Source: Leptospira biflexa
GTDB lineage: Bacteria; Spirochaetota; UBA4802; UB4802
Direction: 5' to 3'
Assembly: GCA_020721905.1 (NCBI GenBank)
Contig: DYLU01000002.1
Coordinates: forward strand, 11,314 to 75,313
DNA: 64,000 nucleotides
In this document: positions 47,255 to 58,306 of the stretch, piece after piece
Numbering within the stretch: the first letter of the stretch is position 1
Layout of the letters: every line of letters starts with the position of its first letter
Program-made: the position numbers and the translations under genes
The notes under the pieces: generated by a model
Databases searched by the model: none
The model's input: only the letters and a program-made list of their open reading frames with translations
Told to the model about the DNA's origin: nothing

Positions 47255-49075
47255 ATGAAAATTAGCAAATTCCTTTTTGCAACGTATATCTTCATTATAT
47301 TCATGATTTTTCCCACATTTTATGGATTCGCTGATACTACCATTGCAATCCATCTTGATCAGGAAATATTAAATGTAAAACCAAATACAAAAGCCTGTGC
47401 TATTGTACACATAGATTTGCCCACAAAAGGCTATATCTATGCCAACCCCAAAGGTGAGGGAACCGGAAAAGCAACAACCGCTAATGCAAAAGCAACCCAA
47501 CATATAGTACCAGGAAAAACGCGCTATCTTCCCGGAACCTTTTATATTTCACCTCTTGATAGCAAACCGGTGTATATTTATAAAAAGCACACCTCGCTCT
47601 GTATTCCATTCACAATAAATACAGCACAAGAAGGCTCATATTCTTTATCATTCATAATTGAGGCTTTATATTGCAATGATGTATCCTGCACCCCCGTACT
47701 GCAAACTGTTACCCAGATAATTAACGTTGATAAATCAGCACCTGATTTTGATACATCATTATGCACCACATATAAAGAGCCTGACGATATAATTCACACA
47801 GTAAATAAAGAAGACACGTCCGGTCATTTTAATATAATAGATGCAGGTGGTAGCTCAACACTGAGTTTGTTTCATGCAATCATTTTTGGAATTCTTGCAG
47901 GCTTTTTACTCAACTTTATGCCCTGTGTACTTCCTGTAATAAGCCTTAAAATTTTAAGTTTTATATCATATGGCAACAACAAACCAGGGAAGGTAAGGAT
48001 AATGGGATTGCTGTTTACCGCAGGGATATTAACATCTTTCTTGGCACTGGCTTCGCTTGCAGCATTTGCCGGTTATAACTGGGGTGAGCTTTTTCAACAT
48101 AAAATTTTTATTATTATCATGGCAGCCATAATTTTTGCACTGGCTTTATCGTTTTTTGGTGTGTATACATTCAATATTCCACAGCTCTCACTATTGCAAA
48201 GTGCCAATGTCTATTTAGATTCATATTTCAAAGGAATAGTTGCCACACTTCTTGCTACCCCCTGCAGTGGTCCTTTTTTGGGGGCTACACTGGCATGGTC
48301 ATTAACGCAGCATCCTGTAATAATTTTTATAATTTTTATTAACATTGGTCTTGGCATGTCACTTCCATACCTGCTTTTATCATTTTATCCGTCACTTATC
48401 AGATTCATCCCCAAATCCGGAGACTGGATGATAACATTTGAGCAGTTTATGGGATTTTTAATGGTTGCCACCACCATCTACCTTATATCATTACTTGATG
48501 CAGGTACATTGACAACAACTATCTGGTTTTTGTTACTTGTATCCATTGGATTATGGCAATGGGGGCGGTTTGGGAATATAACAAAACCATCAATACAGCG
48601 AATAATTTCATTTGTTGTGCTTGTGCTACTTGTTGTTTCTGCTAGCATGATATTTTCCAGCAAAAAAACATCAAAAGCTGAAATAACCTACAAGCCTTTT
48701 GACTGGGAGGAGATAGTTCATAACAATACATCACAGGTTTCAATGGTCATTTTTACTGCTGAGTGGTGCCCCAACTGCAAATTCGTTGAGGCTACAGCAT
48801 TATCATCTTCCAGTATTATTGAATTCATATATAAAAATAATATCTCTGTCTACAAAGCCGATATCACCACAAAGAATCCGCCAGCAGAGAGCATATTACT
48901 ACAACTTGGTTCACGATCGATACCGTTTGTGGCTATCTTCCCTTCAGGAGGTAATTTTTCACAGCCTGTTATACTGCGTGATATTTATACAGCAAAAGAT
49001 TTATTGAAGGCTTTGCAAAAAGCCCTGGAATTGAGTAAACAATCAGAGATCCCTCAACTGATGACTATCCCTTAA
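47255..49075 (+). CDS. dsbD: thiol:disulfide interchange protein DsbD-like (N-terminal periplasmic domain, CcdA-type TM core, C-terminal thioredoxin)
   Basis: TM-core Cys pair (MPCVLPV ... PCSGPF). C-terminal thioredoxin WCPNCK. N-terminal signal peptide. Confidence 0.8.
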   Translation: MKISKFLFATYIFIIFMIFPTFYGFADTTIAIHLDQEILNVKPNTKACAIVHIDLPTKGYIYANPKGEGTGKATTANAKATQHIVPGKTRYLPGTFYISPLDSKPVYIYKKHTSLCIPFTINTAQEGSYSLSFIIEALYCNDVSCTPVLQTVTQIINVDKSAPDFDTSLCTTYKEPDDIIHTVNKEDTSGHFNIIDAGGSSTLSLFHAIIFGILAGFLLNFMPCVLPVISLKILSFISYGNNKPGKVRIMGLLFTAGILTSFLALASLAAFAGYNWGELFQHKIFIIIMAAIIFALALSFFGVYTFNIPQLSLLQSANVYLDSYFKGIVATLLATPCSGPFLGATLAWSLTQHPVIIFIIFINIGLGMSLPYLLLSFYPSLIRFIPKSGDWMITFEQFMGFLMVATTIYLISLLDAGTLTTTIWFLLLVSIGLWQWGRFGNITKPSIQRIISFVVLVLLVVSASMIFSSKKTSKAEITYKPFDWEEIVHNNTSQVSMVIFTAEWCPNCKFVEATALSSSSIIEFIYKNNISVYKADITTKNPPAESILLQLGSRSIPFVAIFPSGGNFSQPVILRDIYTAKDLLKALQKALELSKQSEIPQLMTIP

Positions 49076-49085
49076 AGGTATACCA

Positions 49086-49610
49086 ATGCAATCACTCAAA
49101 TATTACCATGAACTAATACAAAAAGTTGATGCATTTACAGACTCTGTCGTTTCAAAGTACGGCTACCAATTGCATTGCAGAGAGGGCTGCAGCAGTTGTT
49201 GTATACTGGAAAGTGTAATGCCCGTTGAACTTGTATCAATAGCACAATGGTTTGCAAAACAACCTGAATCAATACGATCTATAATTAAACAGGGAGATAC
49301 ACATTTCTGTATGTTTTTGCATAACAATAGATGCATTATCTATCCCATAAGACCTGTAATTTGCAGAACCCATGGCTACCCGGTCTTCATCCATAACAGT
49401 GTTGATATCTGCCCATTAAATAATAATATAAGCTTTGAACCAGAGTATATTCTTAATTTAGAGAACTGTAATACAATGCTTGCAGCTATTAATATTTTAT
49501 TCATTAAGGAAGTACAGATTCCTGCATTACAGACAGAACGCATTAATCTACGGGCGTTTTTTCAAAGCTCTGAAACCGATATCCTTTCTATAGTGCATAC
49601 CCTCAAATGA
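49086..49610 (+). CDS. YkgJ/UPF0153-family CxxCxxCC protein (second copy, 174 aa)
   Basis: CREGCSSCC motif and downstream Cys residues (CMFLHNNRCIIYPIRPVICRTHG). 3' end overlaps the convergent purD by 63 nt. Confidence 0.65.
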   Translation: MQSLKYYHELIQKVDAFTDSVVSKYGYQLHCREGCSSCCILESVMPVELVSIAQWFAKQPESIRSIIKQGDTHFCMFLHNNRCIIYPIRPVICRTHGYPVFIHNSVDICPLNNNISFEPEYILNLENCNTMLAAINILFIKEVQIPALQTERINLRAFFQSSETDILSIVHTLK

Positions 49611-50798
49611 TACTCTCGGTATAGCATTATATACTTTCTGGTAGGCTTCTTCTAAACTGTCAGCTATTGCCGTAATATTCAGCACTCTTCCGCCACTGGT
49701 AAGTAACTGTCCATCCCGTTTGGTACCTGCATGAAAAACAAGAATATCCTCCGGCAGCAGATCCAATCCTGTAATAGGCAAACCTGTTGTATATGAACCG
49801 GGATAGCCGCCTGAGGCAAGTACCACAGTAATAGCATGTTTATTCCTGAATGTAAGATTTATACCGGAAAGTTTCCCATCAATAGATGCCGTTATGTAAT
49901 CACCCAATTTACCGCTTAAAAGAGGTAACAGAACCTGTGTTTCAGGATCACCAAAGCGAACATTGAATTCCAGTACTTTAATATCATTGCCTTTAATAAT
50001 GAGGCCGGCATACAGTATCCCAACAAAAGGTATGCCCTCGTTTTTCATACCCAGAATCACCGGTTGAAGAATTTCCCTGTGCACCCTTTCCAGTATTCTG
50101 CTGGTAACTACCGGAGCCGGTGCATATGCACCCATACCGCCAGTGTTTGGTCCTTCATCATTATCATATACCCGCTTATGGTCCTGGGCAGCAATAAACG
50201 GCAACACTGTTGTACCGTCACTGATCCCCAGTACAGATGCTTCTTCACCATCACAAAAATCCTCAACAAAAACTTTTGCGTTATCTTTGACCATCTCATG
50301 AATAAACTGCAGTGCAGTCTCCCTTTCCCTGCACACCCCTACGCCCTTACCTGCAGCAAGTCCATCTAACTTTATGACAACCGGGAATACCGCTGAAGAT
50401 TCAATATAGCCTATCAGTGATTCTTTGCCTTTAAATTCCCTGAAATGAGCAGTGGGTACATTATATTTTTGCATGATATATTTTGCAAAAAGCTTGCTTC
50501 CTTCAAGCTGTGCAGCCTGAGTTGTTGGACCAAATACTGTAATGCCTCTATTCTGTAAAAAATCAACCACCCCATCAACAAGAGGGGCTTCAGGTCCAAT
50601 TATGACAATATCAATATTTTTTTGTTTACATATAGTATACAATGATTCAAAATCATTCACCGCAATCTGAATTCTGAACCTTTCATCAATACCACCATTA
50701 CCGGGTGCAACATATACCTCACTGGCACTGCCATCATGAAGTAACCTCCATGCAATGGCATGTTCACGCCCGCCAGATCCTACTACTAAATATCTCAT
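49548..50798 (-). CDS. purD: phosphoribosylamine--glycine ligase
   Basis: ATP-grasp architecture. N-terminus MRYLVVGSGGREHAIAW. Conserved PurD motifs. Confidence 0.9.
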   Translation of the reverse strand: MRYLVVGSGGREHAIAWRLLHDGSASEVYVAPGNGGIDERFRIQIAVNDFESLYTICKQKNIDIVIIGPEAPLVDGVVDFLQNRGITVFGPTTQAAQLEGSKLFAKYIMQKYNVPTAHFREFKGKESLIGYIESSAVFPVVIKLDGLAAGKGVGVCRERETALQFIHEMVKDNAKVFVEDFCDGEEASVLGISDGTTVLPFIAAQDHKRVYDNDEGPNTGGMGAYAPAPVVTSRILERVHREILQPVILGMKNEGIPFVGILYAGLIIKGNDIKVLEFNVRFGDPETQVLLPLLSGKLGDYITASIDGKLSGINLTFRNKHAITVVLASGGYPGSYTTGLPITGLDLLPEDILVFHAGTKRDGQLLTSGGRVLNITAIADSLEEAYQKVYNAIPRVSFEGMHYRKDIGFRALKKRP

Positions 50799-50973
50799 TG
50801 ATTCCTCCTGTAATATGCTGGTCTTGTTGTAAACAAGAGATATAATTTTTCAATCATTTTATGCATACACCTTTCGTGCGTACAATATTTTTTATTTACT
50901 ATAAGAATAATTCTTGAACTTACACTATGTACAGTATATGAGATAACAACACTCTTGTATAAGGAGGTTTGCT

Positions 50974-51849
50974 ATGCGCCTTAGTAATGAAGCAAAAGTT
51001 GGGCTTCTGGTTATGACAAGCTTTACGCTTTTTATTGTACTGGTTGGACTGTTAACAAAATTTAACATTTCACAAAAAGGGTACCGGTTACATGTATATT
51101 TTGGATTTTTAAACGACCTTCGTGTTGGAGCTCCTGTCAAAATTGGTGGTGGCATTAAGATTGGATATGTTGACGAGATACGCCAGACAGGTGAAAAAAC
51201 TGATGTTATACTATGGATAGATAAGGGATACCGGTTATCAAAAGCAGCAACATTTTCAATCTTTACATCGGGCATGATTGGGGAAAAATATATTAATGTT
51301 GTCATTCCTCCAATCAGTGATGATGTTGGTTTTCTCAACGACGGGGATATGAAGTATGGTATTGATCCTGCAAGCTTTGACCAGATGATGCAGACCTTCC
51401 AGAGCTTTATGCAGGATAAAAGCGGTGCCCAGATCCTTGCAGAGATATTCCAGAATTCCAATAAATTTGTAGCAAACTTAAATAAAATGGTTGATGAAAA
51501 CCGCTATGATGTTCGACAGTCAGTTGGTACTGCACGTGCAGCTATTGTAACTTTTTCCCAGCAATTGCAGCAATTTATGAATCAGATGAACGTTATTTCC
51601 AAAAATATGGCATATATCTCTGAAAAAAACCGCGAAGATATTACCATTACATTGCAAAATCTTTCCGAACTTACATCAAGCATGAATAAAATTGCATACC
51701 GACTTGAAAAGGGCCGTGGAACAATGGGTAAGCTTTTATATGACGAAGAAATTTATACTAACATACGTGATGCATCTATTTCAGCAAAAGAACTTTTTTC
51801 AAGGCTTGAAAAAGATCCATCATTACTACTCTTTAAGCAGAAAAAATAA
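50974..51849 (+). CDS. MlaD/Mce-domain protein (291 aa)
   Basis: N-terminal TM. MCE domain (YRLHVYFGFLNDLRVGAPVKIGGGIKIGYVDEI). C-terminal coiled region. SD aaggagg. Confidence 0.75.
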   Translation: MRLSNEAKVGLLVMTSFTLFIVLVGLLTKFNISQKGYRLHVYFGFLNDLRVGAPVKIGGGIKIGYVDEIRQTGEKTDVILWIDKGYRLSKAATFSIFTSGMIGEKYINVVIPPISDDVGFLNDGDMKYGIDPASFDQMMQTFQSFMQDKSGAQILAEIFQNSNKFVANLNKMVDENRYDVRQSVGTARAAIVTFSQQLQQFMNQMNVISKNMAYISEKNREDITITLQNLSELTSSMNKIAYRLEKGRGTMGKLLYDEEIYTNIRDASISAKELFSRLEKDPSLLLFKQKK

Positions 51850-51851
51850 CA

Positions 51852-53201
51852 ATGCCTAAAAAACAAAAAACAATATATGTTTGCAATGAATGCGGGGCAA
51901 CATTCCAAAAATGGTTAGGTAAATGCCCGGAATGCAGTGCCTGGAATACCATCGTTGAAGAAATACAGGATACTCCTGTTTCAAAAAGTGAAAAGCCTTT
52001 TGAAAATTCCATTCATCCCCTTTCACAGATGCTGTCAGAAACTATTCAGCGTATTCCAACCTGTATTGGCGAATTTGATCTGGTATGCGGCGGAGGAGTG
52101 GTCCCCGGTTCCATCATCCTGCTGGGTGGTGAACCAGGTATAGGTAAATCCACGCTGGCCTTACAGGTAGCTCAACACTGCAACACCCTGTACTGCTCCG
52201 GCGAAGAAACCCTGCAACAGATACACTTACGCTCACGCCGCCTCAATATCAAGCCTGATTCAATACATCTATCTTCAGTTACCGATATTGACCATATTGA
52301 AGCACTCATACGAACCAACATCCCTCAGCTTGTCATTATCGACTCTATCCAGACTCTGTATTCTAAAGATATAACGTCACCCGTTGGTTCCGTAAGCCAG
52401 ATTCGCTATACCGCCTCACGGCTTGCTGATATTGCAAGGCAAACGCAAACCTGCATACTGTTAATCGGGCATATCACCAAGGATGGCTCCATTGCTGGTC
52501 CAAAAATACTGGAGCATATGGTTGATACAGTACTCTACTTTGAAGGTGACTTTACTCGTGACTATCGCATATTACGTGCCTTTAAAAACCGTTTTGGCTC
52601 AATTAATGAGATTGCATTATTTACCATGACCGCCACTGGATTAACTGAAGTAAAGGACAAGAACAAACTATTTGTTCAATCACACGATGCAAGCTTCCCG
52701 GGAAGTGCTATCAGTGCCACCATAGAGGGAACGCGAACCATACTCTTTGAAGCGCAATCGCTTGTTACCGCAACAAGCTTTTCTAACCCTCGCAGGATGG
52801 CAGATGGTTTTGATGTTAACAGGCTTAATCTGCTTGTTGCAGTCATTGAAAAGCATGCAAAGATTTCATTAAGCTCCTTTGACATATTTATTAATGTTGC
52901 AGGCGGATTTACGATCGATGATACATCATGCGACCTTGCAATAGCAGCCGCCATTATATCAAGCTTAAAAAATATTGTCATTCCGCATTCAACCGGCATC
53001 ATTGGCGAATTATCGCTTTCCGGACAGGTCCGCTCTGCAAGCCACTCGGTACGCAGGCTATCTGAATTTTTAAACTCCGGGATAACTACCATCATTTTAC
53101 CCCGCAATAATGTAACTGAGGTTTCAAATACTGGCTTTGCAGGAACATTAATACCTTTAACCACTATCGCGGAGCTTACACAAATTTTACAGCATCTTTG
53201 A
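51852..53201 (+). CDS. radA: DNA repair protein RadA/Sms
   Basis: N-terminal zinc finger (CNECG...CPEC). Walker A GGEPGIGKST. KNRFG motif. Lon-like C-terminal domain. Confidence 0.9.
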   Translation: MPKKQKTIYVCNECGATFQKWLGKCPECSAWNTIVEEIQDTPVSKSEKPFENSIHPLSQMLSETIQRIPTCIGEFDLVCGGGVVPGSIILLGGEPGIGKSTLALQVAQHCNTLYCSGEETLQQIHLRSRRLNIKPDSIHLSSVTDIDHIEALIRTNIPQLVIIDSIQTLYSKDITSPVGSVSQIRYTASRLADIARQTQTCILLIGHITKDGSIAGPKILEHMVDTVLYFEGDFTRDYRILRAFKNRFGSINEIALFTMTATGLTEVKDKNKLFVQSHDASFPGSAISATIEGTRTILFEAQSLVTATSFSNPRRMADGFDVNRLNLLVAVIEKHAKISLSSFDIFINVAGGFTIDDTSCDLAIAAAIISSLKNIVIPHSTGIIGELSLSGQVRSASHSVRRLSEFLNSGITTIILPRNNVTEVSNTGFAGTLIPLTTIAELTQILQHL

Positions 53202-53335
53202 TTTTTAGGTTGATTATTGCAACATTGTACGTAATACTTATGCAAATAATTGAAATATAGTATGCTCCATGCTATATCTTATATAACACCACAGCACTAT
53301 AGAAAATATCATTCATTGACTCATAGAGGTAACAC

Positions 53336-54832
53336 ATGAAACCAAAAGACGGCTATTCAGCTGAAGAGCTTTTCAACTCCACACAGGGGCTATCATATAA
53401 CGATTTTATTATCTTACCCGGTTATATTGACTTTAACCCTGACGATGTTGATTTAGAAACACAATTAACCCGCAATATTAAACTCAAACGGCCTCTGGTA
53501 TCCAGCCCTATGGACACTGTGACTGAATCTAAGATGGCTATCAGTTTGGCATTATTAGGTGGTATTGGGATTATTCATTACAACAATACCATTGAGGAAC
53601 AGGTAGCTCAGGTACAAAAAGTTAAACGATTTGAAAATGGATTTATTACAGACCCGGTTGTTTTATCTCCTGAACATACTATTAGCCATATTGATGAAAT
53701 TAAGGAAAAATTTGGCTTTTCAGGCATACCCATCACTGTTGATGGCAAATTAGGTTCAAAACTGGTAGGCATTGTTACCAACAGGGATATCGATTTTGAA
53801 ACCGACAGGTCAAAAAAAATTAAAGATGTGATGACCACCGACCTGGTCACTGCAAAGATTGGTATTGTACTGGCACAGGCAAATGAGATACTTAAAAAAT
53901 CAAAAAAGGGCAAATTGCCGATAGTTGATAATGAAGGAAGACTTGTTGCTCTGATGAGCCGTAATGACCTTGTTACCAACAGAGAATATCCATTTGCATC
54001 AAAAGATGGCAATAAGCAGCTTATGGTTGGAGCAGCCATTTCCACCAAGGATGAATCAAAAGAGCGATTGCAGGAACTTGTTGAAGCTGGCGTCAATGTT
54101 GTGATCATAGATGCAGCACAGGGAAACTCCATCTACCAGATAGAGATGATTAAATATATTAAAAAGAAATACCCTGAACTTGATGTCATTGCAGGTAATG
54201 TTGTAACCATTGAGCAATGTGAAAACCTTATTAAGGCAGGAGCAGATGCATTGCGCATCGGCATGGGTCCAGGCTCAATCTGTACTACACAGGTTTCCAT
54301 GGCTGTTGGCCGTGCACAATCAACTGCGGTATACCGCTGCAGCAAGTTTGCAAAACAACATAATATACCAACAATTGCAGACGGCGGCATTGCCACAATG
54401 GGGCATATAGCCAAGGCACTAGCAATTGGTGCATCAACTGCAATGATGGGCTCCATGTTTGCCGGTACCGAAGAAGCCCCCGGGGAATATTTTTATGAAA
54501 ATGGTGTGCGCCTCAAACGCTATCGCGGCATGGCTTCACTGGAAGCAATGGAAAAAGGCGGTTCAAAGCGATATTTTGCTGAAGATTCCAAGATACTCGT
54601 TGCACAGGGAGTTTCCGGCGCTGTAGTTGATAAAGGGTCAATGTTTGATTATGTGCCATATCTGGTGCAGGGTTTGAAACACGCATTTCAGGATATGGGT
54701 GTGCGTACTATTAAAGAGCTTCACGAAAAGCTCTATAAACAAGACCTTCGCTTTGAATTGCGTTCTCTGTCAGCTCAAATCGAAGGTGGTGTGCACAACA
54801 TTTATTCATATAAAGAACCAAAGTATCTGTAG
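53336..54832 (+). CDS. guaB: inosine-5'-monophosphate dehydrogenase
   Basis: CBS pair. Catalytic loop GPGSICTTQ. 498 aa. Confidence 0.92.
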   Translation: MKPKDGYSAEELFNSTQGLSYNDFIILPGYIDFNPDDVDLETQLTRNIKLKRPLVSSPMDTVTESKMAISLALLGGIGIIHYNNTIEEQVAQVQKVKRFENGFITDPVVLSPEHTISHIDEIKEKFGFSGIPITVDGKLGSKLVGIVTNRDIDFETDRSKKIKDVMTTDLVTAKIGIVLAQANEILKKSKKGKLPIVDNEGRLVALMSRNDLVTNREYPFASKDGNKQLMVGAAISTKDESKERLQELVEAGVNVVIIDAAQGNSIYQIEMIKYIKKKYPELDVIAGNVVTIEQCENLIKAGADALRIGMGPGSICTTQVSMAVGRAQSTAVYRCSKFAKQHNIPTIADGGIATMGHIAKALAIGASTAMMGSMFAGTEEAPGEYFYENGVRLKRYRGMASLEAMEKGGSKRYFAEDSKILVAQGVSGAVVDKGSMFDYVPYLVQGLKHAFQDMGVRTIKELHEKLYKQDLRFELRSLSAQIEGGVHNIYSYKEPKYL

Positions 54833-54835
54833 CTA

Positions 54836-55501
54836 TTACATCACTGATGTAATAATTCGTATGATGTCACCGGGTGCGTGGGCTATTGCATTGGGATGAT
54901 GCTGCAAAAGTAACGTCACAGGTCTGTAACCCCAGCTTACGCCTATACTGTACATACCGCATGTATGAGCCATTTCAATATCCGTAACCGAATCACCAAT
55001 CATGGCAATGTGCGATGGTTCTATGCCCATGGTGCGTGCAATGAGCAGTCCACCATACGGATCAGGTTTACGGGGTATGGAATCCTGCAATCCTAAAATT
55101 ACGCTGAATGCAGTATCTGGAAAATAGTGTTCAGCCATCGCTACAGTAAACTCATGTGATTTATTGGAAAAAACGGCAATTGAAATTTTCTTGTTCGATA
55201 GTTCCTTTAAAAGGTCATGCACGCCCGGATACGGTTTTGTTTCCCTGTTCCAGTTTTTTGCATACTCATCCTTTAATTCAGCAACAAGTTTTGTAATTTC
55301 GTCTTCTGTACCGTTTGCCCCAGCCGCACGCTGGATGAGCATTGTCATTCCATCACCAATAAACTGCTTATATGCCTCTACCGGGTGTGTGCGATACCCA
55401 TAGTGTGTCAGGACAGTGTTTACACTGTATGCCAGATCAGCTATAGTATCCAGAAGTGTCCCATCCAGATCAAATATGATACCTTTAATTCCCATGTGCA
55501 A
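54836..55501 (-). CDS. HAD-superfamily hydrolase (phosphoglycolate-phosphatase-like)
   Basis: Motif I IIFDLDGTLLDT. HAD-IA layout. Confidence 0.75.
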   Translation of the reverse strand: MHMGIKGIIFDLDGTLLDTIADLAYSVNTVLTHYGYRTHPVEAYKQFIGDGMTMLIQRAAGANGTEDEITKLVAELKDEYAKNWNRETKPYPGVHDLLKELSNKKISIAVFSNKSHEFTVAMAEHYFPDTAFSVILGLQDSIPRKPDPYGGLLIARTMGIEPSHIAMIGDSVTDIEMAHTCGMYSIGVSWGYRPVTLLLQHHPNAIAHAPGDIIRIITSVM

Positions 55502-56275
55502 TTATTTTTGCCCCGATGATTCAAGCCAGTTTTTAAATTTATACTGCTGGGCTTTGGCATAACACCACAGGGAAAACGGAAGAATCCTGTTTATAATCAT
55601 CATACATCTGAATATTTTTGAAGGGAACACATACCGTTTATTTTTCAGTATTCCTTTGACAACTTCTTGTGCAACCTTTTGTGGTGTTTGTGTGGGGAAA
55701 GGTACTGGTGTTCTTTCGCCTGCTGTTTTAAAAAATTCAGTTCTGGTTGCTATTGGATAAACCACTAAAAGGTGAATGTTTCTATCCTTTTCAAAATTAA
55801 ATGAATAAGCAAACCCGTCAAGAGCAGCCTTGGTAGCTGAATATAATGCATACCCCGGCAACGGTAGTTTTGCCATTGCAGAGGCAGTAAATACAATACA
55901 TGCTTCTTTCCCTTTACTTATCTCCATCAACTTCTCAAGAAAATAAATTGGGGCAATATAATTTACCGAAACTATTTTGTGGATATGATTGTAATCGGCT
56001 TTTTGTAATTTTTCAAAGTAGGCAAAACCAGCATTTGCAATACAAATATCTATCTTTCCCATAACGGCAAGTGCTTTCTTAAACAACATGTCTATATCTT
56101 TATGCTTGCTTACATCACAGCGCACCGCTTTTATATTTTTATTTTGTGCGATAGCTCCCGGATTAAGATCTCCAACCACAATTTTTGTATTGTATTTTGT
56201 TAACTCTTCCAGCAAAGCTTTCCCTATCCCGGATGAAGCACCTGTCAATACTATGCATTTATTGTTAAGATCCAT
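55502..56275 (-). CDS. SDR-family short-chain dehydrogenase/reductase
   Basis: TGASSGIGKA cofactor motif. Catalytic YSATK. Confidence 0.8.
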   Translation of the reverse strand: MDLNNKCIVLTGASSGIGKALLEELTKYNTKIVVGDLNPGAIAQNKNIKAVRCDVSKHKDIDMLFKKALAVMGKIDICIANAGFAYFEKLQKADYNHIHKIVSVNYIAPIYFLEKLMEISKGKEACIVFTASAMAKLPLPGYALYSATKAALDGFAYSFNFEKDRNIHLLVVYPIATRTEFFKTAGERTPVPFPTQTPQKVAQEVVKGILKNKRYVFPSKIFRCMMIINRILPFSLWCYAKAQQYKFKNWLESSGQK

Positions 56276-56433
56276 CCTGCACCTCTCTGTAAGATTTTTT
56301 AATTTTGGCTTAAACTATAGCAGAACTTAAATATTGCAAGAAGAATTCATTGGCTCATGAAACCCATTACATTTTGATACTTGACAATTTTCATACAGCC
56401 ATTACAATTTTTGAAGAATATGTATGAAAAGCC

Positions 56434-57039
56434 ATGGTTAAGCCACTGAAAACTATTGAAAAACTTAAAAATGGCCAGGCTGTCACCATAGTTGCTCTGG
56501 GCGATTCATTAACCTATGGGTGGATGGTTGATAAAGGTTATATTGATTATTTCCATGATTTTCTAACATCGCATTACCCAACAGCATCAATTACCATAAT
56601 CAATAAAGGCATACCGGGCGACACAGCCGATGGTGGATTACACCGTGTTTCGTATGATGTCATTTCATACAAACCTGATTGCGTGCTTATACAGTTTGCA
56701 TTGAATGATTACGCATGCGGGTATTCACCCCGTGTATTTGGGAACTACATACGGGCAATAATCAATGCTATACAGGCACAATTGCCATCTGATATTGTAC
56801 TGATAACTTCCGTTTGGTTTGGGGATTTTCCTGAAGCAAAAAATGCATATACATTATATGATACAATACTATCCATTGCTGATGAGTTTAAGCTTCCTGT
56901 ATCAAAAACACATGAATACTGGAAAAACGCTGTTACCAGGGGCACACCATTACAGGAACTTGTACAGTTTGATGGCGTACACCCAACCCAGGAAGGGTAC
57001 TATATAATGTCACAGGCATTACAGGATTTATTCAGTTGA
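56434..57039 (+). CDS. SGNH/GDSL-family hydrolase
   Basis: Block I VALGDSLTYG. Block V DGVHP. Confidence 0.75.
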   Translation: MVKPLKTIEKLKNGQAVTIVALGDSLTYGWMVDKGYIDYFHDFLTSHYPTASITIINKGIPGDTADGGLHRVSYDVISYKPDCVLIQFALNDYACGYSPRVFGNYIRAIINAIQAQLPSDIVLITSVWFGDFPEAKNAYTLYDTILSIADEFKLPVSKTHEYWKNAVTRGTPLQELVQFDGVHPTQEGYYIMSQALQDLFS

Positions 57040-58306
57040 AGGGATATACTATTTCACCATTGCAGATAGTATATTCAACCTTACCAAAAAGCTCTCTTCC
57101 CATAAATGGCGTATTCTTACATCGCGAAATAATAAAATCTTCACTCACTGTAATCTTTTTATCAGGATTAATAACTGTAATATCAGCAACCGCACCTTCT
57201 TTTATATAGCCTCTATCAATACCAAGAATCTTGCAGGGATTTGTGGTCACCTTTTCAAATGCCTGTATAAAGCTAAAACCGTTCTCTTTAACAAGCACGG
57301 TAATAATTAATGGCACAGCAGTTTCAAGCCCTATAATGCCAAACGGTGCAAATGCTATCTCCTGCATCTTTTCATTGTGGAGATGAGGTGCATGGTCTGT
57401 AGCAATGACTTCTATAACGCCATTGCGCAACCCTTCAATAATTGCTTTTCTGTCCTCTTCCGTCCGTAATGGTGGGTTCATTTTTGCCATGGAAAGGTGT
57501 TCCGCTATGGCATCATCGGTCAGTGAAAAATAATGCGGTGCTGTCTCACAGGTTACCTGTATAGTATCCCTTTTAGCCATAGCAATAATCTCCAGTGAAC
57601 CTTTGGATGAAACATGTGCTACGTGCAATCTTCCTTTTGTTAGCCGTGTAAGCAATACATCGCGCGCAATCATAATCTCTTCAGCTTCACGGGGAATACC
57701 TTTTAAACCCAAAAAGATTGAATTGTTCCCTTCATTCATTATCCCATCACCAGATAATGTGATATCCTCTGCATGCGTTATGATTGGGACATTAAACATC
57801 CGGGAATACTCTAATGCGCGCCTCATAGTGGTTGAGTTCATAACGGGTTTACCATCATCGCTGAATGCAATTGCACCACCTTCAATCAGCTCACCCATCT
57901 CAGTAAGTTCCTGGCCCAGTGAACCTTTTGTTATAGCTGCAACAGGATAAACATTAATTGGTCCGGATTCAGCCTGCTTTTTTATGTATCGTACAAGCGC
58001 CTGATTATCAATCACGGGATTTGTATTTGGCATGGTACATACACTGGTGTACCCTGATTTAGCTGCAACCTTACAGCCCCCTGTGATAGTTTCAATATCC
58101 TCACGGCCGGGTTCTCTAAAATGTACGTGCATATCCACCAGCCCGGGAACCACAATGCAATCTTTTGCATTAATGAGCTGTGCATCATCCTTTGTAATAT
58201 TCTTATCTATCCTCATTACTTTGCCGTCTGCAATAAGAATATCAAATTCTTCATCAGTTTTAGAAGCAGGGTCAATTAATCTGCCATATTTAATTAACAA
58301 TTTCAT
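57032..58306 (-). CDS. pyrC: dihydroorotase
   Basis: Metal-binding HVHFREPG motif. 424 aa. Immediately downstream of pyrB. Confidence 0.88.
   Translation of the reverse strand: MKLLIKYGRLIDPASKTDEEFDILIADGKVMRIDKNITKDDAQLINAKDCIVVPGLVDMHVHFREPGREDIETITGGCKVAAKSGYTSVCTMPNTNPVIDNQALVRYIKKQAESGPINVYPVAAITKGSLGQELTEMGELIEGGAIAFSDDGKPVMNSTTMRRALEYSRMFNVPIITHAEDITLSGDGIMNEGNNSIFLGLKGIPREAEEIMIARDVLLTRLTKGRLHVAHVSSKGSLEIIAMAKRDTIQVTCETAPHYFSLTDDAIAEHLSMAKMNPPLRTEEDRKAIIEGLRNGVIEVIATDHAPHLHNEKMQEIAFAPFGIIGLETAVPLIITVLVKENGFSFIQAFEKVTTNPCKILGIDRGYIKEGAVADITVINPDKKITVSEDFIISRCKNTPFMGRELFGKVEYTICNGEIVYPFN

Noticed and set aside
50925-51461. 178-aa minus-strand ORF
   Set aside because: Antisense to the MlaD-like gene, whose MCE domain is clearly recognisable. 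No SD.
52676-54456. Minus-strand ORFs of 107-189 aa inside radA and guaB
   Set aside because: Antisense shadows of two highly conserved genes. Compositionally biased.
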